DNA of 64,000 nt from Lama glama (Eukaryota), in contig CM052818.1 of the NCBI GenBank assembly GCA_028534125.1, positions 31,622,001 to 31,686,000 of the forward strand, given 5' to 3'. The position numbers and the translations under genes were made by a program. Under the pieces are notes generated by a model. The model saw only the letters and a program-made list of their open reading frames with translations, did not search any database and was not told where the DNA came from. Shown here in pieces: positions 25,353-38,204 of this stretch (positions are counted from its first letter, which is position 1; every line of letters starts with the position of its first letter).

Positions 25353-26819
25353 GGTGAGGATTACAGTAAATGCCACATGTAAACGGCATCTCACTTGGGA
25401 GTGCCTGAAGCATGTCAGCTGTTTGTGTCTTGGCTCAGTTTGCTACCTTATTTTTACACAGCGTGGAAAAGAAATCTGACAGTCACTTTTTTTTTTTTAA
25501 AAGATAGGTGCCCGCCAAGCTTCACAGAGTAGGTTAGTGGATATTTAGCCCTGGAAGGGTTCAGAGGCACAGCAGTTCAGGGTGCAGTGGGGCCCAGAAC
25601 CCAGGAGAGCCGCACTGAACCCCTCTGGCTGATGGCCCCCCTCCCCTTTCAGTCATCTGTCAGTTTTTGGAAGAGGAATAGGGAACTCGGGATTCTATTT
25701 CCTAGCAGAGGTCTTGAAACCATAAAGCTAATCTCATTGGGCTTTGCACTACATTGAATTAAATTCCTAATTCTAATTTCACCAAATAGGGTTACCAGGA
25801 GACCAGGAAGTAAAGCTTGATAACTGAGTTCTACCGTCCAGAGGGAGTCAAGAGAGAACAGAAAATCAATTTCCTGACCGCGCAGAACGCCATGAAGCTA
25901 TGTGGATCCAGTGGGAGGAGCTTGTTTCTTTGCAAGGAGGCAGACGATTCGGACAGACCTTTCACGTAGAGGGGCCATGTGGTTTTCTAAGCATTTTTCT
26001 TTGAGGATCATCTCCATCGTGGGCTGGTAGAGCCTCCGCTGATTCTTTTTGCTCTCACCTACTCCAGGTAAGAGCACCCTGAGGAGAACTAGGGATTGGA
26101 AAGGTGAGTGTCCTGGCAGTGGAGGCATTCAGCGACCTCACATGGACAACCCCAGGAGTTCCTTTTTGGGTCATTTTTCTAAAAACCTATGTGTCCAGCT
26201 TCTCTTCAAAGCCTACTACTCTGATTTCCACAGCTCCCCACTTTCCTCCCTGCGTCGGAAGGGACCACCCCAACTTCTCCACGCTTGAGAGTGCTCCCCA
26301 TTTTGCACACTGCTGTGCATTTCTGCCTGAATTGTTTAAGCTTTGGCGTCTGTACACTGCATCCAGCTGGTCAACCAGGTCTCCACTTCATTCTGTGTGC
26401 CTTGAAAGAGGAGACGAAGACAAGGGTTTTCTTATAAAGTACTTTGCATTTGGTACCTGAGGAGGGTATCTGTTACTTTAGAATCCTCCACAGCACTTAG
26501 TACAGTGTTTACACGTAGCAGGTACTCAAACATTATTTTTTGAATAAATACATTCATATGGTACCATTTCTTTTTAACTATTCAGTTTTATCACGCCATC
26601 ACGACCATAAGGCCCTTGAAGCATTCGTTTATGGAAAGTATTTATTAAGTGTGTGCTATGGACAGGAAAATTCTGAAAACAAAAGGAATGAACATGATTA
26701 ACTCCATCAAATACTAAAACATATGCTCTTCTGCAATAACAACACAGCATATCTGGAGAGGAAAAGTTACTCTCCAGACTTGCTATCAACTGGGGGCTTC
26801 TCCAAACAAGTGGGAACCT

Positions 26820-27180
26820 GATGTCTCAGTCCATTTGGGCTGCTATGACAAAACAGAATGTGTGGCTTAAACAATAAACATTTATTTCTCACAGTTCTAG
26901 AAGCTGGAATGTCCAAGATCAAGGAACCAGCATGTCTGGTGTCTGGTAAGAACCTGCTTCTGGCTTACAGATGGCTGTCTTCCTGCTGTGTCCTCATAAG
27001 GCGGAAGAGGCAAGGCAGCTCTCTGGGGGCTCTTTTGCAAGGGCACGAATCCCATTCATGTTGTCTGTATCCTCATGATCTACATTCATCCCAAAGGCCC
27101 CACCTCCTCCTGCCGTCATACTGGGGGTTAGGTTTCACACACGAATTTTGGAGGGATACAAACATGCAGCCCATAGCACC
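26820..27180 (-). mobile_element. MLT1A-like MaLR LTR
   Basis: tggcttaaacaataaacatttatttctcacagttctagaagctgg...gtccaagatcaagg. Confidence 0.85.
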
Positions 27181-27639
27181 TGTCAAGTACAAGTTTGTTC
27201 TTAGAAGCACCAGGTTATGGTGTGATAAACACGGCCTTCAGAGTCAAACAGGATGAGGTCTTCCATTACTGGCGGAGTGTCCTGAAGCAAGTCGTTTCAC
27301 CTCTCTGAGCTGTAGTTATTTCACATGCAGAATGAAGGTACCTAAACCTAGCAGGCACCTAATAAGGGATCGCTATCAGTGTCCTGACAATGTGGCTGAC
27401 ACAAGGATAGGCTCAAAATGTGCATCTAACTGATGGTTAAAGTACTCTCTCCACCTTTTCCAATGAGAGGTACACAAGGCTAACTGATGGCATCATTTTG
27501 GAGCCTAAGAAGTCAGTGCCTAAGAGAGAACTGAACTGTTAAGGGATGAGTGGAGCCAATAATCGATCCCTCTGAAGCAGTGCTTCTCTACACAGTCAGA
27601 CCCAATGCCTCTATTTTATCATAACTATTTTAATGTCCT

Positions 27640-28100
27640 CTATTAGCCAAGGTTCTCCAGAGAAACAGAACCAATAGGATATTTATAGATACACAAGAGG
27701 AGCTTAATTATGGGAATTGGCTCACATGATTATGGAGGCTGAGGTATGCTGTCTGCAAGCCGGAGAACCAGGGCGGCTGGTGGTACAATTCAGTCCAAGT
27801 CTGAAGGCCGGAGAATCAGGAGCTCGGATGTCTGAGGACAGGAGAGGATGGATGTGCCAGCTCAAGAAGAGAGAGAGGGAATCGCCCTTCCTTGGCCTTT
27901 TAAAATTCTATTCCGGCCCTGTTGGGATTGGATGATGCCTGCCTACACTGGTGAGGGTGGATCTTCTTTACTCAGTCTACTGATTTCACATGCTAACCTC
28001 TTCGAAAAACACCCTCACAGACACAACCTGAACTGATGCTTTACCAGCTATCCGGGCATCCCTTAGCCCTGTCAAGTTGACACATAAAATTAACCACGAT
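27640..28100 (-). mobile_element. MLT2B-like ERVL LTR
   Basis: ggttctccagagaaacagaaccaatagga...gtcaagttgacacataaaattaaccac. Confidence 0.85.
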
Positions 28101-29397
28101 GTGCCCCTTTACAGTGTTGAAATAATTATTAAAGCCTACTATGTGTATAATTTCAAAGAATTAAAAATAACACCCCTAAATAAAAAGCAGAAATAAAAAG
28201 CAATGTATAATATTGCTTATATGTATGTAGTTCAATTTGTAAACACTTAAGCACACTGCCTCAGAAGAAAAAACATGCCTTCCCTACATTTTCACAAGCC
28301 CACTGGATGGTGATCCTGCCTCCTATCCAGTTCCAAGGGCAAGGGGAGCAGGTGCCAGGGATCAGCCATCTCCTGGTGCATTCTTCTTCACCCTCTCACC
28401 CCTTTGGATGACCTCCCACCTTGACCCCATACACCAACGAGGAATGAGGTGAAGCATGCAGATGTGTTCTACCCCTTTCTACTCTCCCAACAAAGCTCTG
28501 CCTCTCCAGGGCCAGGAAGATGTAGCAGAAGTACCTGGAAGGACTTCAATGCCCTGGGTCTCGGTCTCAGAGAAGATGAGGGCCATCTGGGCTCTCTGTT
28601 CTTTCTGGAGGACAGAGGAGAGCAGGAAGGTGTGCTCAGCTGTCTCCCTCACCTCTCCCATCCCAGCAGGAATAGGGCCCCGCACTCTGACCTCAGCTGA
28701 AGCCAGCTTGCTGGGTTGCCTTCTCTCAGACTGGCTGGCTGTCTGGTTCCTGATTTCCCAGCTCTTCTACAGCTGGGGCAGGCCCAGATGACAGTCCCTC
28801 ATTCCTTGGGGCTGGGCCTGGGTCTGCAAGTATGTGATGAGGGGCCTCAAAGCCTCAGGCCCGAGAAGGACAGTGTCAACTGCCCTCCTGCAGCAGGACT
28901 CTCTCAAAAGGCTGACCGTGAGGCAACCACAAGGGTGCTCACTGGCAGGGCCGGGAGTGGGGTGGGGCTGGGTACACCAGCACAGCAAAGGGAGAAAGAC
29001 CTGTCACTAGGGCCCTATCTTCTTGCAAATGAGTCACTTGGAAACCCCTCCCCAAATGATGCCTCACGGCCACAGCACCCTCGATCAGGGTCTTCACTTA
29101 AGCCCAAGAACAGGAGCTTCTCTGGCCACTGGAGAGGTAAATTCAGGCCTGCCCAGAACTTGCTTTAAAGTTGTGAAGCAGGATTCTGAGCCCTTCTCTG
29201 GGGACAAGGGCAAGGGACCGGCTCTGAGCTGATTCTTGGGGTTGGCTGTTACCCAGGGACCACCATCAGCTCTGCCCACGAGGAGTAAAGGCCTGAGGTG
29301 GCCAGCCTGTTTCCTAGGAGGTCTGGCATTTCCTCTGGTGTGCCTGCTGCTTGAGGGAGAAAAAAGGCCCACATAGTCAGACAAGAAAGTGGTCCAA

Positions 29398-29430
29398 TGG
29401 CGCCCCCTGCTGGTCACATACTAGACTGCA
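29398..29430 (-). promoter_or_regulatory. CTCF motif with upstream module
   Basis: Minus strand TGCAGT-N8-TGACCAGCAGGGGGCGCCA. Confidence 0.75.
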
Positions 29431-29529
29431 TGGATTTGCAGATGGCAATGCCAATCTGTTGTTTCTCAGGAGAGGAGACTACGCTTTTTTTTCATTTTTA
29501 TTTTTTAATTTTTTTAAAGCACCATATTA

Positions 29530-29998
29530 CATAATTGCTGATGCATAACAAACAAGTGGTTTAAAACAACAATACCTATTTTCTGTAGACCAGGAATTTG
29601 GTTTGGCTGGCCTGTTCTGGCTCCAGGTCACCTACGAGATTGCCAAGAAGTGTCAGCCCGGCCTGCAGTCCCCTCAGGGACTCACTTCCGACGTGGTGCA
29701 CTCACATGGCTGGCGTTTGTGCTGGCTGTTGGCAGGAGGCCTCAGCACCTCTCCATGGGGGCCTCTCCGAGGTGCCTGCCTGATCTCATGGCATGGAGAC
29801 CCACTCCCCCAGGGCAAGTGATTAAAGAAGCTGAAGTGGAAGCTCAGATGGCTTTTACGACTTGGCCTTGGGAATCACACACTGTCACTTGCACCATATT
29901 CTCACAAACTAGCTGTGATTCAGTGTGGGAGGAAACTACACGAGGGTATGAATTCCAGAAGGTGAGGATCTCTGGGCGCCATCTTAGAGACTGGCTGA
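29530..29998 (-). mobile_element. MLT1 (MaLR) LTR
   Basis: ttgctgatgcataacaaac...ttaaaacaacaa...caggaatttgg...ggcgccatcttagagactggct. Confidence 0.7.
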
Positions 29999-32867
29999 GA
30001 CAAGCACCTACCATGTGCTAGGTACTATGCAAATAGTATATAACAACAACCAGAGCATGCAGTTTGCAATTCCTGCAGCTTACTATATGTCCAGATGCTA
30101 AGTTCTTTCCCTGAGTTACCTCATTTATCTTCACAACCCTACCAGCTTGGTCCTGTTATTACCCATTGAAGAGGTTAGGAAGTTGGTGCTTAGGCAGGTT
30201 AGGTAATGAGGTCACATGGCTGGTAATTGGCTGAGTCAGCATTGAAGACTGTTCTGTGTTCACTATGCTAAATTCCTTTCTAGGCATTTAGAGCTACCAA
30301 CCAAGGAGGTGGGCACAGATGAGGAAACTGAAGCTCAGAGAGGTCAAATAGCAGGGTCAAGGTTACAGAACCAGTAAATGGCAGAGTCAGAATTTGAACA
30401 GAGGTGACTGAAGAGCCCGTGCTCTGTCCACCCCACTGCATTGCTCCAGAACAGAGGAGAGAGACACAGTAAAGAGGGAAAAATACAAAGAACAGGGTAG
30501 CCAGCTCATCCAGCACCTTTGTGTCTATCAGAAGAGACATCCATTTCTGGCGGCTGTAATTCTGCAGGTACTGAGCTTGGCAAGCTCAGTCCTCACCTTC
30601 CTCCTGGACTAGGTGCTCTTGCCCAGGGTAAAATCTGAGTATGGTTGTCCTGAGGTAGGAAGCAAACAGGCAGACAAACGGTAGAGAAGTGGTCATAAGT
30701 GTAAGAGAATGGTTGCAGGGGAAAAGGAAAAGGTGGAGAAAAAGTAATAAACAGAAAAGGAGGAGGGAGAGAGAAAAATTATGAGATGAAGACGAAGGTG
30801 AAAAAAAAGACAAAAACAGACCAGGTGCTTGGGATCTGGTTAGCCCTCCCAGGTGGATGGGTGGGACCTTCTCTACACGTGGCTGGGAAAGCAGAAAACC
30901 AAGTGTGTGGAATCCTCCGACTAAGTCCACACCTTCCTCACCACCCTCTTCCCCATTCCATCACTAGTTTGGGGGTGGGGAGAAGCAAAGACATTGGCCA
31001 GAGGACAACCTAGTTTCAGGTAAAATGGGGTGGCAGCAGGGTGAGCAGCCTCCTGGGGGACCCAGGGAAATCCAAAGCAGAGGATAATCAAGAGTCTGAG
31101 AGAGCTGACTGATGGATTAATTAACTGACTGATATATTAATTAAAACATAAAACTGGAAGGTATAATTGGTGGCTTCACCACTGCTTCTCTTTGCAGTTT
31201 GATCCCCAGAGCTAATTATTTAACCGGCAGTTTCAGCTTTGATTGTTTGTGGACATTGATGAATTACCGTCTGCTTGCTTTTGTGTTTGAGCATGTCAGG
31301 TTTTTTCACAGCAGGATATGGAGTCAGAAACCACCTGGAGGAGCTGATCATTTGAAGTATGGACAGTTATAGATTCAGAGGCAGAAGAACTTGGATTTGA
31401 GTCCTAGTTTAACAGCAGTGTAGATGACAAATCCCCACCTTCACCCCAATAGCCTCAAGGGCTCCCACAATCAAGCTTCACTTGGGCTGCCTCTCTAGAA
31501 AGTTCAGCAGCCTCCTGGAGGCCAGTCCCTAGTAGGAGGGTGAGCAGAAAATTCACTTTTTTTTTTTGCTCCAGCATCTCCCCATGCCAATAAGATCTCA
31601 CAGTTGTGGATTGGCCTTCTAAAAATGTATTTGTTTATTTCACCCTTCCACTAATAATCTTCCAATGGTTTCCATCTACCTATGGCATAAAATTCAAATT
31701 CCTGAGTTTTTGCTTATGGTGTTACTTTTTATTGAGAATCCCCTTCCTCTCTCTGCTTGATACTCTTCTGTTCAACTTCAGTCTGATTATCCATTCATCC
31801 AACCATGCATCCACCCATTCTGCATCCTGAAACTCTACTTCGGTGCTTCCTAAGCTTGTCTGCACATTGTGATCACCTAGGGAGATTTGAAAAAAAAAAT
31901 ACTGATGCCTTATTCCACCTTCAGAGATTGTGACTTAATTGGTCTGGAGTCTGGCCTGGACATTGAAATTTGTAAAAGATCTCTAGGTGATCCTGATGTG
32001 CAGACAAGTTTTGGGGCCATGGCTCCACTTTTTACCAGATATTGTAATAGCTCCTGAGGATTTAAAGATAAAAGTTGGCTTAGACTAGAAATTTAGTATA
32101 GAAGGAGAAATAGATTAATAAATATATAATTATATAATTGTAGTAAGTGTCATGAAAGAGGTAAGCCGGGTAATCTCCAGAAGGTGTAGGAGGAGCATAC
32201 CACCCTCACTGGTGGGACTGGGGGATGGCTGGTCAGGGCTGCAGTCTGCAAGAACAGGGAGGGGTGTTCCAGGAAAAGAAGCTGGTAGACAGGCATCCCA
32301 GTCAGAGGGAAAGCTGAACACAGCACAGCAAGCTGGAGAGAGCATGTTAGTTTTGGGTGTGAATAAGAACTTGGGACCACTGAAGCTTTGGGGGCAGTGA
32401 GCCTGTGGAGGCAAATGGGGCCTTGTAGGCAGCAGGAAGTGGGGAGCCAGTGAAGGAGGTGTCAGGAATGTGATCTGTCAGACTTAGTGGCTGTGACTGC
32501 AGGGGAGGCCACGCAGTTGGTGAACTAGGAGAGGAGATGGTAGGAACCAGCAGGAGGGCCTTCCCTTCCCTACTCCCTCACATCTTGTCCACCTGCACAC
32601 TCCAGCCCACGACAGACCCTAACCATCCTTATTGCCCTGTGCCTGGCAGAGAATAAATGCTCACGCCTCATGCTACACTGGGGGGTAGAAACAGCACGGG
32701 CTTCAGAGTCACACCAACTTGATTCAAGACCCAGCTCCACTCCTTACAAATGGTGTGATATTAGTAAGTCAGCCTGTTCTCTGATCTTGGTTTTCTCCAC
32801 TATAAAATGGAGAAAATGCCAAGCTCATGAGATTACATTGAGGATAGAAAAAAATTTCCATGATTCT

Positions 32868-33040
32868 CCAAGTGTGGTACCTGGACCATCAGCCTCAGCA
32901 TCGCCTGGGGACTTGTTAGAAATGCAAATTCTCAGGCACCACCCCAGACCCGCTGAATCAGAAACTTTGTGGGTGATGCCAGCACTGGTTTCCCACATCC
33001 TGCAGCTGGTTCCAATGCACACTGAAGTCTGAGAAACACT
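32868..33040. mobile_element. MER5A hAT-Charlie element
   Basis: cttgttagaaatgcaaattctcaggcaccaccccagacc...tgaatcagaaact...tgagaaacactg. Confidence 0.85.
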
Positions 33041-36000
33041 GATGTCTGTGAGCTGTGTCATCTCTGGGCTTGCTTTTCTGGTCACCTATATTACTCCTTA
33101 AAAGCAGAAAAATCCAACTGGCCACCAAGCTGTGGCCTCTGTTTCAGTCCCTCCTTTTGCTCCTTTCCTGGTCATTACAGAAGTGAGGCTCAGGTCAGGC
33201 CTTGAAGTCAGTGCATTTGAGAGGGAGTTCCACACCAGCTGTGTGTGTGTGTGACGACGTGCACATGTGTGCGTGTGCAAGCGTCCAGATTTTCAACCTC
33301 TAGTAAAGCTGTGTGATCTTGACCTCTAAGTATGTGTTTCCTCATGTGTAAATAGGAGCAAAAACACTAATAGGCCAGTCACCATTCTAAGCACTTTCCA
33401 CTTACTACCTCATTTTCTCTTCTCCACAGCCCTTTGGAGTTGGTATTATTATTACCCCCACTTTAGAGACAAGGGAGCTGAGGCACAGAGAGGTTAAGAA
33501 ACTTGCCCAAGGGCACACAGTTTTTACGTGTTAGAGCTGGGATTCAGACTCAGGCCCTCTGGCCACCGAGTCCACACTCCTGGCCAATCTGCCTCCAGAG
33601 GCTCCTCTGAAATGTGAGTAATGCGCCCAGCATCCTGGCCCCTGCACACTCTGTGGTGCCCTCTGTTGTGTTGAAATGCCTCACCTAGAACACAGTCTTC
33701 TCTCTGCTATTTACAAAGAGAACTTGCCTTAGTCACTTCAATTCTTCGGGCCTTAGTTTCCAAATGTTTAAAATGAGAGGTTGGACCAGATGAGGGTTGT
33801 AAACGGGACCTCGTAAGGTCCAAAGAATAAGCTGTGTTTGGCCACCTATTTTGTCTTAAGTTGACTTAAAACAAGTCTGTCTTTAAGTGATACATGCTCC
33901 CCTGCTTCACTCTATTAACCACCACTTCCAGTAGTCTTACACTAGGCCCATGTTCCTTATTTATTGAACTGTTTGGCATCCAAATTAGTTTGAGGTTATT
34001 AATCAGACAAAGCCTAAATGTGAGGTTCCACGTTTATAATTCTTTCACCTTACCTTTCTTCTCTCCCAGTCCAGTTTAAAGAACACTTCACCTGGGATGT
34101 TTCTTGGGCAAAGGCTCTGAGCCTTGGCTCCTGCCTTTCACTGTAATGGAAGTCCTCTCCTTGGCGTGGCTGTTAGAGGTTAAGATGGTGTTCTGTTCGC
34201 CATGTGCCCTGAAAATGCTGATTTATATTTGCTTCTGGAAGGGAGACAGCTGAAGCCTATTTTAGAATGGACGGTTAATCCAATTTCAGAATCCACTGCA
34301 CATGGAAAGATGATTTCTGTTATTTCCATTTAATCTGGAAGGTTTCCTCTTTTCAAACTTAGAATTTAATTGCTGGAAGAACAAAGTCCTTTTATCCTGC
34401 TTTATGAGCTGGTGCATCCCTATGTCGAATGCCTTTCATTTCCTGCAGCAGGGAAAAATTCAGTATTGATAGAGTGGCTTTGAGGACTTTTCCTGGGCTT
34501 TGCAAACGTCCTTCGTCCGGCGGCTGGGAAGGAGGTGCCAGGTGTTGCTGACTTGCAAATAGCGTGCTGTCCTGACACACGTAGCAGGAACTCATATCGC
34601 TGAATATGGGAATATAGACAAGCAAATACTTTCTAGCAACTGGAACTTATGCTAGTTAAGTAATTCATTCAGCCTCACTCAGTTTATAGGAATTTATTTA
34701 AAAAATACTGTGTATAGTTGTCTCATGTTCTCTAGAAGTCAATTTCTGTATTTTCAAGTTGAGGAAATTAGGTTTCAAGAGGTTAACTAACATCAGAGTC
34801 ACACTGACGCCCCTGTGACCTTAGGTTGTCATGATCAAAATAAAAGCCAATATTAAAAAATAGCTATTGAAAAAAATTGAAGTTATGTAAGCTAAAGCTT
34901 TAGATACTAAAACAAACACGGGAGGAAAAAAATCACCACAAAAAACTAGAAACAGTATTATTCTTGTCTAGTGCTTCAAAGTTTCAAAGGCATATTCTCA
35001 CGTCTATTTTCATTTGACCCCCCACAACAATTCTACCCCACTGGCGTAAAATCATTTAGTCTCACTTCAAGTTAGCTCACTGCTAACAACAGCAACAGAC
35101 AGCTCCAGATGTTACTCTTTTCCAAGACAGGTCAGACTAGCCCTAAAGACCTGAATGTCCTGTGTACTCCTGCCACCTACCGGTGCTTTTCTGGTAGCGT
35201 GGGTTTCAGCTGATTTTATACTAACATTTTTCCTTCAGTGAGACCTGTTTTACTCCATGTTACTCAAGTCCTTAAAAACACCCTTCCCCCTAACCTGTGA
35301 AACTCGTTTTCTAAGGAGCCAACTCTGAAACAGGGTCTCAGACTTTCTTAGGAAAGGGATGGAAATACTTCCTATTCCTTTCGTCATGCTGGTAGATTTC
35401 AGAAATGCCTCTGAGCACCTTCCAGTTGGCTTAGAAGCTGGGGGAAGGGAGGTGGCTTAGCCTGTGACAGAGAAAACTCACGAATTTTCATGCCTTCACA
35501 ATACTGCCTCCACTTTTTGCCACTATTTTCTGAGAGGGCTACAGGAAGAGAGCGGGTTAGCTGAGAAGGTGGTGTGCCAGAGGCTGACAGCTCACTCCAC
35601 GGAGCCCAAACAGTTGGTGGAAGAGGAATGACCCTCGGGGAGGACAGGTGAAGCCAAGTTTGTAACACAGGGGCACACCAGTGGAGTCAGTCAAACTGCA
35701 CCGACCCCGGAAAACCTGTGGTCAATCTTCCTTTTTTCAAACAAATATCTCCTTTTCAAAGCTGGGCTTTGCTCTGGATGCAAGTTTTTTTAATTATTAG
35801 ATGAAATTTGTCTTTGTACTTTGCTTTAAATCCAGGGACAAGAGGTGATTTGTTCATATTTAGGGCAAATTGGCAGAGGGTTAAAACGAGATGATATGGT
35901 ATATAAACTGTTTCTCATAACCTTAGGATTCTTGAAAAACTGGACTAACACTATTATAGCAGTAATGTGAAATACGCTGAGGCAAACATGAGAGACAGAA

Positions 36001-37035
36001 AATTGGGTATGAAAAGTAACTAGTGGAATTTTAGTGGAAATTCTTGCAGGATTCTTCTCAAAAGTAGCCCTGCCTGTCTAAGGGTAAAAATGGAGGCTTT
36101 TTCTTTCTTTCTTTACTTTATCATTGAGGTTGTAGTCAATGAACTTTTTAAACCTTTTCTTCCTTCTGCTCCATGGTAGGAGAAAAATGGAGCTTTGCAC
36201 ATTTTTGAAAGGAAAGTAAAATGTCTATATAGCGGATTATGAAAGATTTCTTATGATGAAAGGTCAAGACAAACAACATTTGATAAACAGCAGATTTCAT
36301 GCTCTAAACGCTTAAAGATTCAGCACTGCATATCAAGACCAGGAAGGATCTATAAAACTTTGAAAGCATTCTGGTCATTCTTTGATTTAAAGCAAAATTA
36401 AATTGTGAAGAGTTGTTCAGGATTACTGAAAAAAGAGTAGTTATTTCAAACATTTGCATGACACTTAACAGATTTTTAGACTCTATATTTCACTATATTC
36501 TAACCAAATATCATTTAAGACAGGGCTTGTTTTCGTAATTCATACTTGAGAAAACTAAGGTTCAGAGGTTAATCACATACTTTCCAAAGTCACATAGCCA
36601 ATAAATCAGTGTCAGCATTGAAGACAGGTCTTTAATGTCTAGTGGTCTTTCTAGGAACTTTCCCCGAGATTTTCCTCTCCTTAAATGTCAGTTTATCTGA
36701 TTATTGTACTTAACCTTTCAAAAGTCACTTTTTAAAAAGCAGGTGGAAATTACATTAATCTGTTTTTTCTTATTCACAATTCTAAGCCTGTGGGCCTCCT
36801 GTGATAAATACCTGCTTTTACCAGGTGATAACACACCACAACTATACATTATTTTGGTTCTGAACAACCCTTTGAATAGTGATTCTCAAGTACTAGCAGA
36901 TATGTTATCTTTGCAGTTTGGTAAAAAATTTGATTTCCTGGTCCCACCTCAGAGACCAATTCAGTGTTGTGGGAGGGAATGGAGGCATAATTCACTGTTT
37001 AACAAACCTCCCAAATGGTCAAATTGCAGATGATT

Positions 37036-38204
37036 TAAAAAATTTTTTTTCATATATATATATATATATATATTATTGAAGTATATAGTCAGTTTACAAT
37101 GTGTCAATTTCTGGTGTACAGTATAATGCTTCAGTCATACATGAACAATAATATATTCATTTTCATACTCTTTTTCATCATGTTACTACAAGATATTGAA
37201 TATAGTTCCCTGTGCTATACAGTGTGAACTTAACTGTTCATCTGTTTTATATATATTAGTATCTGTAAATCTCAAACTCCCAATTTATCCCTTTCCATCC
37301 CCTTCCCCTTCTGGTAACCGTAAGTTTGTTTTCTATGTCTGTGAGTCTGTTTCTGTTTTGTAAGTAAGTTCATTTGTCTTTTTTTAGATTTTTTAGATTC
37401 ACATAAGTGATATCATATGGTATTTTTCTTTCTCTTTCTGGCTGACTTCACTTAGAATGACAATCTCTAGGTCCATCCATGTTGTTGCAAATGGCATTAT
37501 TTTATTATTTCTTATGGCTGAGTCGTATTCCACTGTATAAATATACCAGCTTCTTTATCCAGTCATCTGCTGATGGATATTTAGATTGTTTCCATGTCTT
37601 GGCTATTGTAGTGCTATGAACATTGGGGTGTATATATCTTTTTGATTTAAGGTTCCCTCTGGATATATGCCCAGGAGTGGGATTGCTGGATCATATGGTA
37701 AATCTATTTTTAATCTTTTGACTAATTTCCATACTGTTTTCTATAGGCTGCACCAAACTACGTTCCCACCAACAGTGTAGGAGGGTTCCATTTTCTCCAC
37801 AGCCTCTCCAGCATTTATTGTCTGTGGACTTTTGAATGATGGCCATTCTGACTGGTGTAAGGTGATACCTCATTGTAGTTTTGATTTGCATTTGTCTGGT
37901 AGTGATATTGAACATTTTCAAGTGCCTATTGGCCATTTGTATGTCTTCCTTGGAGAATTGCTTGTTTAGGTCTTCTGCCCATTTTTGGATTGGGTTGTTC
38001 ATTTTTTTCTTATTAAGTTGTATGAGCTGTTTATATATTCTGGAAATTAAGCCCCTGTCTCATCTTTTGCAAATATCTTCTCCCATTCTGTAGGTTGCCT
38101 TTTTGTTTGCTTATGGGTTCCTTTGCTGTGCAAAAGCTTGTAAGTTTAATTAGGTTTGTTTTTGCTTTTAATTTCTATTGCCTGGGTAGACTGCCCTAGA
38201 ACAT
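37036..38204 (-). mobile_element. Young 5'-truncated L1 (~1.17 kb) with 15-bp TSD
   Basis: TSD AAATTGCAGATGATT at 37021-37035 and 38205-38219. ORF 37691-38002 is an L1 ORF2 C-terminal piece ([16 protein letters not shown]...CWRGCGE...HCWWE). Ends in a (TA)n/poly-A tail. Confidence 0.95.

Noticed and set aside
37691..38002. 103-aa ORF
   Set aside because: Fragment of L1 ORF2 in a 5'-truncated copy, not a host gene.
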